64,000 nucleotides of DNA from assembly GCF_000142905.1 (NCBI RefSeq), contig NW_013657650.1, forward strand, positions 333,919-397,918, given 5' to 3'. Position 1 is the first letter of the stretch, and each line of letters starts with the position of its first letter. Shown here one piece after another: positions 44,938-54,676 of the stretch. The notes under the pieces were generated by a model that worked only from the letters and a program-made list of their open reading frames with translations, ran no database searches and was not told the DNA's origin. The stretch is from Thecamonas trahens ATCC 50062. Taxonomy: Eukaryota; Protista; Apusomonadida. The position numbers were made by a program, and so were the translations under genes.

Positions 44938-46941
44938 CTACGAAGACGACGAGTCCGAGTCCGAGTCCGAGTCGGAAGACGAGGAGTACGAGCCGGACGA
45001 GTCGAGCGAAGACGAGGATGACGAGGAGGAGGCGGCAGCCGAGGTGTCTGGAGCGGTGGTGGACGAGGCCGAGGCGGAGGGCGCGGCGGCCGAGTTGGAC
45101 TGTGCGTCGGCGGCGTCGGCAGCGTTGACGTCGGCGTTGGCGGGCAGACCCGAGTCTGCGACGAGGTCGCCGATGCCGCCTGCGGCGGCGACGGGGACCT
45201 TTGACTGGCGGCGACCCTTCTTGGCTTTGAGGCGGGCAGCTTTGGGCATGTCAACGCAGTCGACGGGGATGGTACCTGCAGTGCCGTCCTTCTTGCGGAT
45301 GAGGAGGTCGCCCGACTTGACGGTCTTGACGATGGTGACCTCTTCGCCGACGTCGACGGCGACGTCCTTTTCCGAGACCGGGACAAATGCCTTCTTGACG
45401 GTGACAAAGAGCTTGCGGGACTCGATGACGAGCTGAATCATGGCCTCGAAGCGGGCCTTGACATGGTGCAGGATGGCCTCGTTCTCGGGCACGATCTTGT
45501 ACACCTTGCACTTGCGGGTGCCTGGCACGCGCGGGTGAAGAGTGATGACCGGCACGCCGTCGGTCATCTGGAAGTCGTACGAGTAGATCTGGGTAAAGGG
45601 GAAGTTCTTGACGTTGGAGCGCGAGACAAAGGAGACTTGCTCGGTAGAGATGGTGAGATGGAATGACTGGTGGCCGTTGATGACCTTGACCACGTACGAG
45701 ACCGGGGCCGATGGTGGAATGTCGATGACCTTGGCGGGCGTCTCGGCGGCGGCGACAACGGCGTAGCCGCCGGTTTCGTTCGGGCCGGTCACACGGTAGC
45801 CGTTGCGGTCGACAAAGGCCTGCAGCCGCTCGGTCTTCTCCAGCCGGGCAACCTTGAGGAAGGCGTCGATCCAATCGAGGAGGTCGGTCTCGGTCGTTGC
45901 CGCCATGTAATATGTTCTCCGGCCGGGCCCAGTGACACAAAACTCGAACGGCTTGCCGTGCTCGCCCTCGTCGACAAGGTCGAGCGTCTCGTAGTCCTTG
46001 AGCGTAAACGAGCCGTTGCGGCGGCCGACCTGTGCGTCGTCAACGCTCTCGTGGTACGAGACGGCAGCACCGTCGAGCACAAAGTACCGCCGGCGCCACG
46101 TCCGATGAAACTCGCCCATCTTGTACAGCCAGCCAGCATGGTAGACGCCGCTTGGCGGCTCCTCGCCCGCCGGCACCAACTTCATGCCCATGCCCTGAAA
46201 CACGTTCATCCACGCATCCTTCTCCTCCTCCGAGTCTGCCGCCATGAAGAACGTCCTCAGCCCAGCGCCCGAGATCTGGAACTCGTGATCCTTCTGATGA
46301 ACCGACTCATCGACAGGAGCAACATACTGGGTTGGGCGGGTGTACACGTGACTGTGAGTAAATATGTTTTTCGTTGAAATTGGCATGGGCGAGCCGAGTC
46401 GAGTAGCTTTCCCTTTCAAACACACACACACACACACACACCACCACATCACACACACCACCACATCACACAGCATCAAAGCTAGTGAAGGAGAGAGGAG
46501 GCGGGGGAGAGGAAGGGGGGGGGGGAGGGGGAGGGGGTGGTTATGATGGACATGATGGACATGATGGACATGATGGACATGATGACGGTGGGAGCGATGG
46601 GAGCGGGAGCGGTGTTGTGAAAAAGGGGGAGGGAGGGGGGGGGGGGGGGGGGGGGGAACAGGGGTCATGTGGTAGTGGTGGTTGGCAGCAGGGAGCAGGG
46701 AGCAGGGAACAGGGGAGGGGGAGGTGAGGGAGGTGAGAATGCGTACGGTGTAGACATGGAGCGGGATGATGGCAATGGGGAGCTTTGTCTTCTTCTTTGC
46801 CGAGGGATCCTTCTTAAAGTACGACATGCGCTGCTTCTCGGCGTCGAGGACAAAGTAACGACGCTTCCATGACTTCTTGAGCGCTCCGCGCTTGGTTAGC
46901 CAGCCCGAGTGGCTCACCGTAGGCTCAGACGTAGAAGCCAT
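44938..46941 (-). CDS. Tandem PH-domain protein with a further PH-like segment and an SH3-like domain; intron 46327-46746
   Basis: HSGWLTKRGALKKSWKRRYFVL...RTFFMAADSEEEKDAWM; HAGWLYKMGEFHRTWRRRYFVL...YYMAATTETDLLDWI; SH3-like FVPVSEKDVAVDVGEEVTIV...GTIPVDCV. Confidence 0.9.
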   Translation of the reverse strand: MASTSEPTVSHSGWLTKRGALKKSWKRRYFVLDAEKQRMSYFKKDPSAKKKTKLPIAIIPLHVYTVRILTSLTSPSPVPCSLLPAANHHYHMTPVPPPPPPPLPPPFSQHRSRSHRSHRHHVHHVHHVHHVHHNHPLPLPPPLPLPRLLSPSLALMLCDVVVCVMWWCVCVCVCLKGKATRLGSPMPISTKNIFTHSHVYTRPTQYVAPVDESVHQKDHEFQISGAGLRTFFMAADSEEEKDAWMNVFQGMGMKLVPAGEEPPSGVYHAGWLYKMGEFHRTWRRRYFVLDGAAVSYHESVDDAQVGRRNGSFTLKDYETLDLVDEGEHGKPFEFCVTGPGRRTYYMAATTETDLLDWIDAFLKVARLEKTERLQAFVDRNGYRVTGPNETGGYAVVAAAETPAKVIDIPPSAPVSYVVKVINGHQSFHLTISTEQVSFVSRSNVKNFPFTQIYSYDFQMTDGVPVITLHPRVPGTRKCKVYKIVPENEAILHHVKARFEAMIQLVIESRKLFVTVKKAFVPVSEKDVAVDVGEEVTIVKTVKSGDLLIRKKDGTAGTIPVDCVDMPKAARLKAKKGRRQSKVPVAAAGGIGDLVADSGLPANADVNAADAADAQSNSAAAPSASASSTTAPDTSAAASSSSSSSSLDSSGSYSSSSDSDSDSDSSSS
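46327..46746 (-). other. Spliceosomal intron (420 nt, in frame, no stop codon)
   Basis: GTACGC donor, TACTCAC, CCAG acceptor; low-complexity content interrupts the first PH domain. Confidence 0.85.
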
Positions 46942-47035
46942 GTTGAGGTGTAGGGGGTGGGTGATGGGGTGGGCGTGGGCGTGGGGTGGAGTGGGGTGGA
47001 GTGGGGTGGGGTGGGGTGGGAGTGTGGTGGGTGGG

Positions 47036-47135
47036 NNNNNNNNNNNNNNNNNNNNNNNNNNNNNNNNNNNNNNNNNNNNNNNNNNNNNNNNNNNNNNNNN
47101 NNNNNNNNNNNNNNNNNNNNNNNNNNNNNNNNNNN
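47036..47135. other. Assembly gap (100 N)
   Basis: Run of N. Confidence 1.
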
Positions 47136-47464
47136 ATCAGAATCTCCTTGGGAGCGCATTGCCCTTCTCATTTTTCTCTACCTCTAAAGTTGCTTGAACG
47201 CCTTGCGCACCTATTCCAGCGGGCATTCAGGGTATAATGAATATCCGTTAGTGGGCCAGGTTTGAGTAAGCCCATCTGGCGATGCCCCCATTAATCACAC
47301 AGCGCCTTCTTAGTACTTCAAACACCGTTCAGATAGCACCCATCAATGTTTCTTTTTTCATCAAACACGGCAATGCGTTGGTCACCTTTGTTGATAGCCG
47401 CTCCCGAGTGAGTTACGACCGGGGGCGGGGGACGGGGGGGGAGGAGTTGAGCAGATGTGTGTGT

Positions 47465-48824
47465 TCACTTGAACAGACGCGCATCCTCGAGCTCGTGCGA
47501 GTCGATGGGCGCGTTCCAGACGGCGGCGGGACGGAAGCGACGGAGGGTGCGGATGGCCAGCTGCTCGATGGAGGTGGCCTTGAGGTTGAGGTCGGCCAGA
47601 GTGGCGTCGCCGTCAGGGACGACCTCGTCGATGAGGGCGCGGGCGACGGTATCGTCTGAGAACTTTGTGTTGGGCAGGCGGGCGAGGTACTTGCCGGCAA
47701 AGGCGAGCGGAGCGACCGGGAGGTCGAGGAGGCGCGGCTCGATGCGGACCATGTCAAAGACAAAGTGGGCGAGCTGCGACATGGTAAGGGCGTCGGGCCC
47801 GACAATCGAGTACGACTTGCCGGCCGAGTCAGTACGGTCGAGGGCGGCGACGATGGCGCCTGCAGTGTCGCCGACGGTGACCGGCTGGACAACCTGTGCG
47901 CCGCCGTTGACGACCGGGATGGTCTTGATCGACTTGGCCAGGCCGCCGAGCACGTTGAGGAACTTGTCCTCCTCGCCGACAATGGTCGCCGGCTTGATGA
48001 ACGTGGCCGAGGGGAAGGCCTTGCGGACGGCAACCTCGCCGGCAGCCTTGGAGGCAAAGTACCGCGACGACGAGCCGGAATCGGCGCAGAGGTGCGAGAC
48101 GTGGACGAGCTTCTCGACACCGACATCGGCGGCCTGCTCGGCAACGGCGCCGGCAAGGTGCGCGTGGACGTGCTCGTACGGCCAGTTGACCGTCTCAAAG
48201 TCCGAGCCCATGAGGTTCACCACCATGTCGGCGTCGACAAGGGCCTCGCGGATCGACTCGGGCGAGCGCGGGTCAAACGGAATGGGCACAATCTGGCCGA
48301 GATCGCCCATGAGGCGGAGATGGCGCCAGTCGTGCTCATCGCCACGGTACGGAACAAGAACCTGCGTGCCCATGCGACCAAGCCGGTTGACCAGGTACCG
48401 TCCCACAAAGCCCGTAGCGCCAAAGACTGCCACCGTCACACCGCTCACCGACGACCGCCCGCCAGCGCCACCACGCGCCACAGAGGCTGTAAGGTCGCCG
48501 GTGGCCTCCAGCGCAAACCCGTTAGCAGCAGCGCAGCCCGACAGCAGTGCCTACAACCACCCAGCCAAACACACGTATACATACCGGTTACCCATACCAT
48601 AAGTCATACACTCCCTCGGTGCGCCCGCCCCCCCCCACACACACACCATGTTGGGGAGGATGACCCGCCCCGACCAAAAAATGGGCTGCCCGTCACCGCA
48701 CCCATAGCCAAGGGAGGGAGAGGGGAGAGGGGAGAGAGGGGAAAGAGGAAAGGACAGAAGTAAAGGGACGTACCGTCTGCGTCCGCATAGCAGCAGCCAT
48801 GTGCGTCCCCACACCGCGGAGCAT
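47465..48824 (-). CDS. NDUFA9: NADH:ubiquinone oxidoreductase 39 kDa subunit; intron 48551-48773
   Basis: GAGGRSSVSGVTVAVFGATGFVGRYLVNRLGRMGTQVLVPYRG, HLRLMGDLGQI, QPVTVGD; exon 1 MLRGVGTHMAAAMRTQT joins in frame via GTACGT...TAG. Confidence 0.96.
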
Positions 48825-49619
48825 TGTGTTGTGAGAGCCAGCGAGGTGTGCGGTCGTGAGGTCGTGGCGGGGCGAGTCGATCGGCGGGTGGTGTGGCATT
48901 GGCGGCTGAGGGGATTTGTGAGAAGGGGGGGGGGGTACCCGGTAGGTGACGGGATCGGGAGTGATCAGGGCGAGATCATTGACAGTGGCATGATGTGGGT
49001 GATGAGGGCGATGACACGGAGCGGAGGGGCGGAAGGGCGGAGGGGCGGCGGGGCGGAGGAGCGGAGGGGGGGGGAGTTGAGCGCTCTCGCGGCCCGCGAG
49101 AGGGTGCGATGATCGTTGCAGAGAAAGCGTCAGTAGAGTTAGTTGTGACCATCAGCGGGTTGGACTAGGAGAGGAGGGGGAAGGAGGGTGTGGCGATGGG
49201 GAGAGCTGGGTTTTCCTCTGGATGTGGAGGGCAGCAGAGTGCAGCAGAATCAAAGATCAAGAGAAAATGTCGGCTAGTGGTGAATGTAGCAGCAGCCACT
49301 CCCTCTCTGTATGCTCATGATTTGTGCTCATTGCGATGACAGGAGACCCCTCTCGCGAGACCTGTCTCTTGCTCTCAGGCTCACGCTCGATGATGCACTG
49401 GAGCTGTGCGTGGCAAACCTAGCAGGTATTCCCCAGCGAGCACCTCCTCCCCCTCCCCATCTCAAACTATTTTTCATCCCAGACCCACCCCCCACCCCCC
49501 ACATGTTCGAATGCTCGCGGGTCATGGTTGGCTTGACACCGGCACCTCGGCACCTCCGCTGCGTCTCTGCTCCCCACCTCACACCTCACGCTCGTGGTGC
49601 ACCTCGACGTACTCCAAGC

Positions 49620-51486
49620 ATGTCCTCTGCACTGCACGGCTTCACCATCTGTGCCACAGGCAAGTTCCCAGTCACTCGCTCAGCGCTCTCCAAGACGCTC
49701 GAAGCGCACGGGGCGACGGTGGCCAGCTCGGTGACCAAGAAGGTATGGAAAACAGGGCGGGGGCGGGTGGGGGGTGTGTGTGGAAAAAAAAATGAATTTC
49801 ATGCACTCCGTCCGTCATGTACTCACCAGGGGAGCAAAACAGGTGACGCATCTGCTGGCCGAGGGCGACAACTCGTCGGCAAAGTACAAGAAGGCTGTGG
49901 CTAATGGCGTGACGATTGTGGATCTGGCGTGGCTGGAGGCGGCGATCGGCCCGCTGGCGGGAGGCGGCAGCGGCAGCGGCGGGGCGCAGCCGTCGCGTCC
50001 GGGAGTGGTCACCCGGCGGTCGACCCGGAAGCGCAAGGCGGCGGCGGGTGCGGCGGCAGCGGATGACGATGACGATGACGAGGACGCGGCTGTTGGTAAG
50101 CCGCTGGCTGGCAAGGTGGTGTGCGTCTCGGGAACGATCTCGCTCGGCAAGCGGGCCGAGGTGGCCAAGATGCTCGAGGATCTCGGGGCGACGGTCTCGG
50201 GGTCGGTGACCAAGGCGACAACGGACTTGCTCTCGGACGGCAACACCGGGAGCTCCAAGTACACCAAGGCGGTTGCGAAGAGCATTCCAATCCACGACGA
50301 GGCGTGGCTGGCGGCGCTTGTGAACGGTAGCGGGAGCGGGAGCGGAGGCAGCGCAACAAGCTCGGTGGCAAGTACGGCCGGGGCGACGGCGGCAGCCAGC
50401 GGTGGGAGCAACAAGAAGCAGAAGACGCTGTCGGGCGCGGCGGCGACGCTGCCTGTGGACGACGCGTGCCAGCTGCAGGGCGCACAGGTTGTGGAAAACT
50501 ACTCGTGCATGCTCAACCAGACCGACATCCGGCGCAACGCCAACAAGTTCTACCGCATCCAGGTGCTCTCGACGCCTGGCCCGGTCTACCATCTGTACAC
50601 GCACTGGGGCCGCGTCGGCGCGCGTGGACAGGACAAGACCCAGCGGTGCTCGTCGCTTGCGGACGCCATCACGGGCTTCAAGAAGAAGTTCTCCGCCAAG
50701 ACGCTCAACTCGTGGGACAACCGGGCGTCGTTTGTCCAGCGGCCGGGCAAGTACCAGCTGATCGGCCTTTCGCACGGCGAGTCTGACGACGACGAGTCTG
50801 ACGACGACGAGTCTGACGAGGGGACCGGCGGTGGTGAAGAGACCGGCGGAGCCGGAGCGAGTGGAGGCGCCGCAGGCAACGACGGCGGCTCTGACGACTA
50901 CCTCTTCTCTGGGCGGCTCAAGTCGGGCGAGCTGCTGTACATCATTGAGAACGACATCTGCGAGGTGGAGGCCGACTGCGTGGTGCATCCGACGGCGTCG
51001 CACATCTCGACGGGCGGGCAGGTCGGGCGGGTGCTTGCGCTCGCCGGCGGAGCCGGGTTCCGCAAGGCCATCAGCGACTTCTCGGGCAGCATCCCGGTCA
51101 ACGGGGCTGTCATCACGAGCGCCGGCGACCTGCCTGCCTCGCACGTGGTGCACGTCAACTCGCCGTCGTTCAACGGGCGTGCGGCCAAGGCGTCGTACGC
51201 CGCGCTGGCCAAGACCATCCACGCTGCGCTGGAGACGGCGTCGGACGCCGGGCTCGTCTCGATTGCCTTTCCGTCGATCGGCTCGGGCGTCAACGGGTTT
51301 CCCAAGGACGGTGCCGCGCGGGTCATCCTCTCGGCCATCGGCGAGTGGTTTTCGGCTGTCGAGGCCGACGGCGAGGAGACCTCGCTCGACGAGGTCATCT
51401 TTGTGCTGTACGACCCAGCGTCGATGGCGTGCTACCGCAACCAATTCCAGGAGATCTCGTCGGGACTCATGGGCCACCTAGAGTGA
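49620..51486 (+). CDS. BRCT-BRCT-WGR-macrodomain protein (macroH2A-type macro domain); intron 49743-49842
   Basis: BRCT1 LHGFTICATGKF...HGATVASSVTKK|VTHLL...KYKKA...IVDLAWL; BRCT2 LAGKVVCVSGTI...SVTKATTDLL...KYTKA...DEAWL; WGR YSCMLNQTDI..NANKFYRIQ..HWGRVG..FKKKFSAKT.NSW..PGKY; macro DCVVHPT..GGQVG..VHVNSP..SIAFPSIGSGVNGFPK. Confidence 0.93.
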
Positions 51487-51581
51487 GTTCCCAACGCAAT
51501 GATGGCCTTAAGTAAAGCGGCGGCGCCGCTGTTGGAGCTATTGCCTCTTTACATGTTGTGTAGTGCTGGGGTGTGTGGCTA

Positions 51582-52940
51582 TTATTGGCCCTGCGGCGGC
51601 TGCTGGCCCTGGCCCTGGGCCTCGTCGTTGACCATGTCGGCGCCATACGAAAAGAGGAAGTTGGCGGCGAGGTCCGGATCCTTGTTGCAGGACATGTAGG
51701 CCTGGACGCAGATGTGGCGAGGGAAGCCAAGAGCCTCGAGCTGCTCGATGTGGCCCTTCTCCTCCTCGGTGACCTGGATGTAATTGACGCCCGGCGGCGG
51801 GGCGCCCATGCCGCCGGCGACGCCACCCAGCTCCTGGTTCATCTGGTCGGTGGCGGCCGAGGCCGCGGCCATCTCGGCCTCGGTGACCGGCTCGTTCATG
51901 AGGGCCAGGAACTCGTCTTGATGGGCCGAGATGAGCTGCAGCAGCTGCGGCTGGGTCTGGCCCAGCTGCTGGAGCATCGGCTGCATCAGCGCCGGGTTCT
52001 GCTGGACTGCATACCGCAGCCGGGTGAACGGCGGCATGGCGCGGAGCGCCGCGGTGAACGCCGCGCCTTCGGTCATCTCGCCGTCGTCGCCGCCGTCGTC
52101 ACCGCCGGCCTCATTCGGCACGCCGCCAACCTCAGCGCTGCCTGTCTGCGGCTGCGCCGGCGTGCCGCCTGCCGCCATCTGCGCCATCAGCTCGGGCGGA
52201 ATGCCGTTAAGCAGGTAGTCGACCGCACGGTCCGGGTTGTTGAACGCGGCACGGAGCGCGACCTCGCACTGATCGCGCGGAAAGCCGAGCGCCATCAGCG
52301 TCTGCACCGCACCCTCTTCCGATGCGCCGGTGACCATCGCCTCTGGGCCCGGCGCGGCGGCGGCGGGAGGAGTCGGGGTGGGAGAAGGAGCAACGGTGGT
52401 GGCGGTGGCGGTGGTGGCGGTGGTGGTGGTGGTCGACGGCGGCGGCGCGGTGTTGGCCGGAGTGGTGTCCATGGGTGCGGGGGTGGGGGCCGAGCTAGAG
52501 CTGGAGGAGGAGACAGACGCCGGCTTGGGCTTTGCCTGCGCAACCTTCTTGGTGGCCATGACAACAAAGAACTCTCCGTCCGCCACGCCGTACGACTCCA
52601 ATGTCTCTGCGTCTGCGAGGATCTTGCCCTTGTACACAAGCTTCTGATGGGCGGCATCAAAGCCCTTTTCACCTTCGATCATCTTCTTGACCTCGAGAAC
52701 CTGGGGCAGGTCATGCGTGCATGAGTGAGGAGGGGGGGGGAGGGGGGGAGATCAGGCTGTGATCAAACCGTTTCACGGAAAAGGTCGCAGTTTGCTGGGC
52801 GACCTGTTCTTCCATTGCCGGCTCGCAACGAGTCGCCAGGTGGGGAGGAGGGGAATGGGAGAGGGAGGACGTACCGTCTGAGAGGGAGTCACCTCGAGGG
52901 TGAACTGGTCCCGGGAGAGGGTCTTGCACAGGACCTTCAT
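51582..52940 (-). CDS. RAD23: UV excision repair protein / proteasome shuttle RAD23; intron 52701-52874
   Basis: UBL MKVLCKTL..FTLEV..T|VLEVKKMIE..QKLVYKGKIL; UBA ALRAAFNNPDRAVDYLLNGIP; STI1 VQQNPALMQPMLQQLGQTQPQL; UBA2 IQVTEEEK..IEQLEALGF..AYMSCNKD.DLAANFL. Confidence 0.97.
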
Positions 52941-53149
52941 TGTGTGTTATGGTGTGGGAGGAAGAGAGAGCGGTGGTTGTCGTGGACGTCGTTGTCGTCG
53001 CCGTGGTGGCCGCCGTGTGGCGGTGAGGAGCTGGGCGACCTGTGGTTGTTTGAGTTGGGCTGGCATTCAATGATTGTGGCTGATTGATTGGTTGCGCGCG
53101 CGAGAGGGCGGGGAGGGTATCCCATGCATGGTGGACAGAGAGTGCAATG

Positions 53150-53667
53150 TTATCTCCGGGGTGTGGATAGGTGCGATGTGAAGCAGCGGCGAAAGTCGGC
53201 AAACTGGGTCTTGCAAGCGTCCTTCTCGATGGTGGCCATCGAGTTGCCCACGCAGACGCCGTAGGCAGCGGCCTGAAGGCAGGGATGGGGTCCAGGCAAG
53301 GCAACCGGTGGGGTTAGATGATGTGCAGCCACCAGGGCAAGGGTCCGAGTACACGCAAGAGTATGTGCAGGAGTATCGCATGTGCAGGAGCACGCGCACA
53401 TCCGATCAAGCGCAAGTGCAAGGACGCGCAATCGGGCAGCAGGCGAGAGATCAAAGCAAGGCATCCAGGCAGCAAGGCAGCAAGACAGCAGGACAATGGG
53501 TAAGTGTTGGTGATGCCTCCCCTCCCCCCCCCTGGTTTTGCTGGCCGAGGCTACACACAGCCGCGACTCGAGTATGGCATGGAGCGTACCTCTTTGGAGC
53601 ATTGGCTCAGAGCTCCTCTGAACTTGGTGACGAGGGCACGCGTTCCACGGGCCTTGGATGCGTTCAT
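53150..53667 (-). CDS. NDUFAF8: Complex I assembly factor NDUFAF8-like twin CX9C protein; intron 53273-53589
   Basis: Spliced product MNASKARGTRALVTKFRGALSQCSKE|AAAYGVCVGNSMATIEKDACKTQFADFRRCFTSHLSTPRR; GTACGC...TCAG intron; C-x9-C...C-x10-C spacing. Confidence 0.85.
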
Positions 53668-54114
53668 AGTAGCAGTATGTGGGCGGTGTGTGGTGTGGGG
53701 TGGCGGTGTGGTGCGGTGCGGTGTGGGTGAGGGGTGAGGTGCGGTGAGTTGGCCGTGGCGGACGGGTGTTGCGTGGTCATCGCCGGGGCCATTGTGCGGG
53801 ATCGACTGTGGTGGATGAGAGTAGGCGCAGGCATGACCCCCCTATCATCACCATCATCATCATCATTACCATCATCCTGCCCTTCCATACCCCCATATCC
53901 CCACCCCCTCTTCCCGATCCCGCCTTCCCAATCCCCCCCCCTTCCCAATCCCGATCCCCATTCACGACGACCACCCCGATCTCATCATCCCCCCCCCCCC
54001 CCCCCCCCCGCATTTTTACGTGGGTGGCTTTCTACACCATACCCACGTGAGGCTTGGCCCGGCCCACTAGGGCACAACGTGCTGGTGGTGAAGGAGGAGG
54101 GGGGGCGGGTGGCG

Positions 54115-54459
54115 NNNNNNNNNNNNNNNNNNNNNNNNNNNNNNNNNNNNNNNNNNNNNNNNNNNNNNNNNNNNNNNNNNNNNNNNNNNNNNNNNNNNNN
54201 NNNNNNNNNNNNNNNNNNNNNNNNNNNNNNNNNNNNNNNNNNNNNNNNNNNNNNNNNNNNNNNNNNNNNNNNNNNNNNNNNNNNNNNNNNNNNNNNNNNN
54301 NNNNNNNNNNNNNNNNNNNNNNNNNNNNNNNNNNNNNNNNNNNNNNNNNNNNNNNNNNNNNNNNNNNNNNNNNNNNNNNNNNNNNNNNNNNNNNNNNNNN
54401 NNNNNNNNNNNNNNNNNNNNNNNNNNNNNNNNNNNNNNNNNNNNNNNNNNNNNNNNNNN
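54115..54459. other. Assembly gap; left flank is a degraded copy of sequence to the right
   Basis: ~54025-54114 resembles ~54645-54737. Confidence 0.9.
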
Positions 54460-54676
54460 ATTCCACCTACCCCCCCCCCCTTTCCCCTCCCATCTACCTT
54501 CATCGCAATCCGATGCCCCCCCCCCCCCCCCCCCCTCCCCTTCCTCCTGCCCCACAATGGCTGCGAGGGCTGCCCCCATTTCCGTCGAACGTCGACACGC
54601 CTGACAAGTGTAACCAAAACCATGGAAGCACAGCAGGCCGACGGTGGGGCCTTTCTACACCACACCCAGCTGAATC

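Noticed and set aside
49620-51486. Calling this gene a PARP
   Set aside because: No PARP regulatory or catalytic (H-Y-E) domain; the ORF ends after the macrodomain and RAD23 follows convergently.
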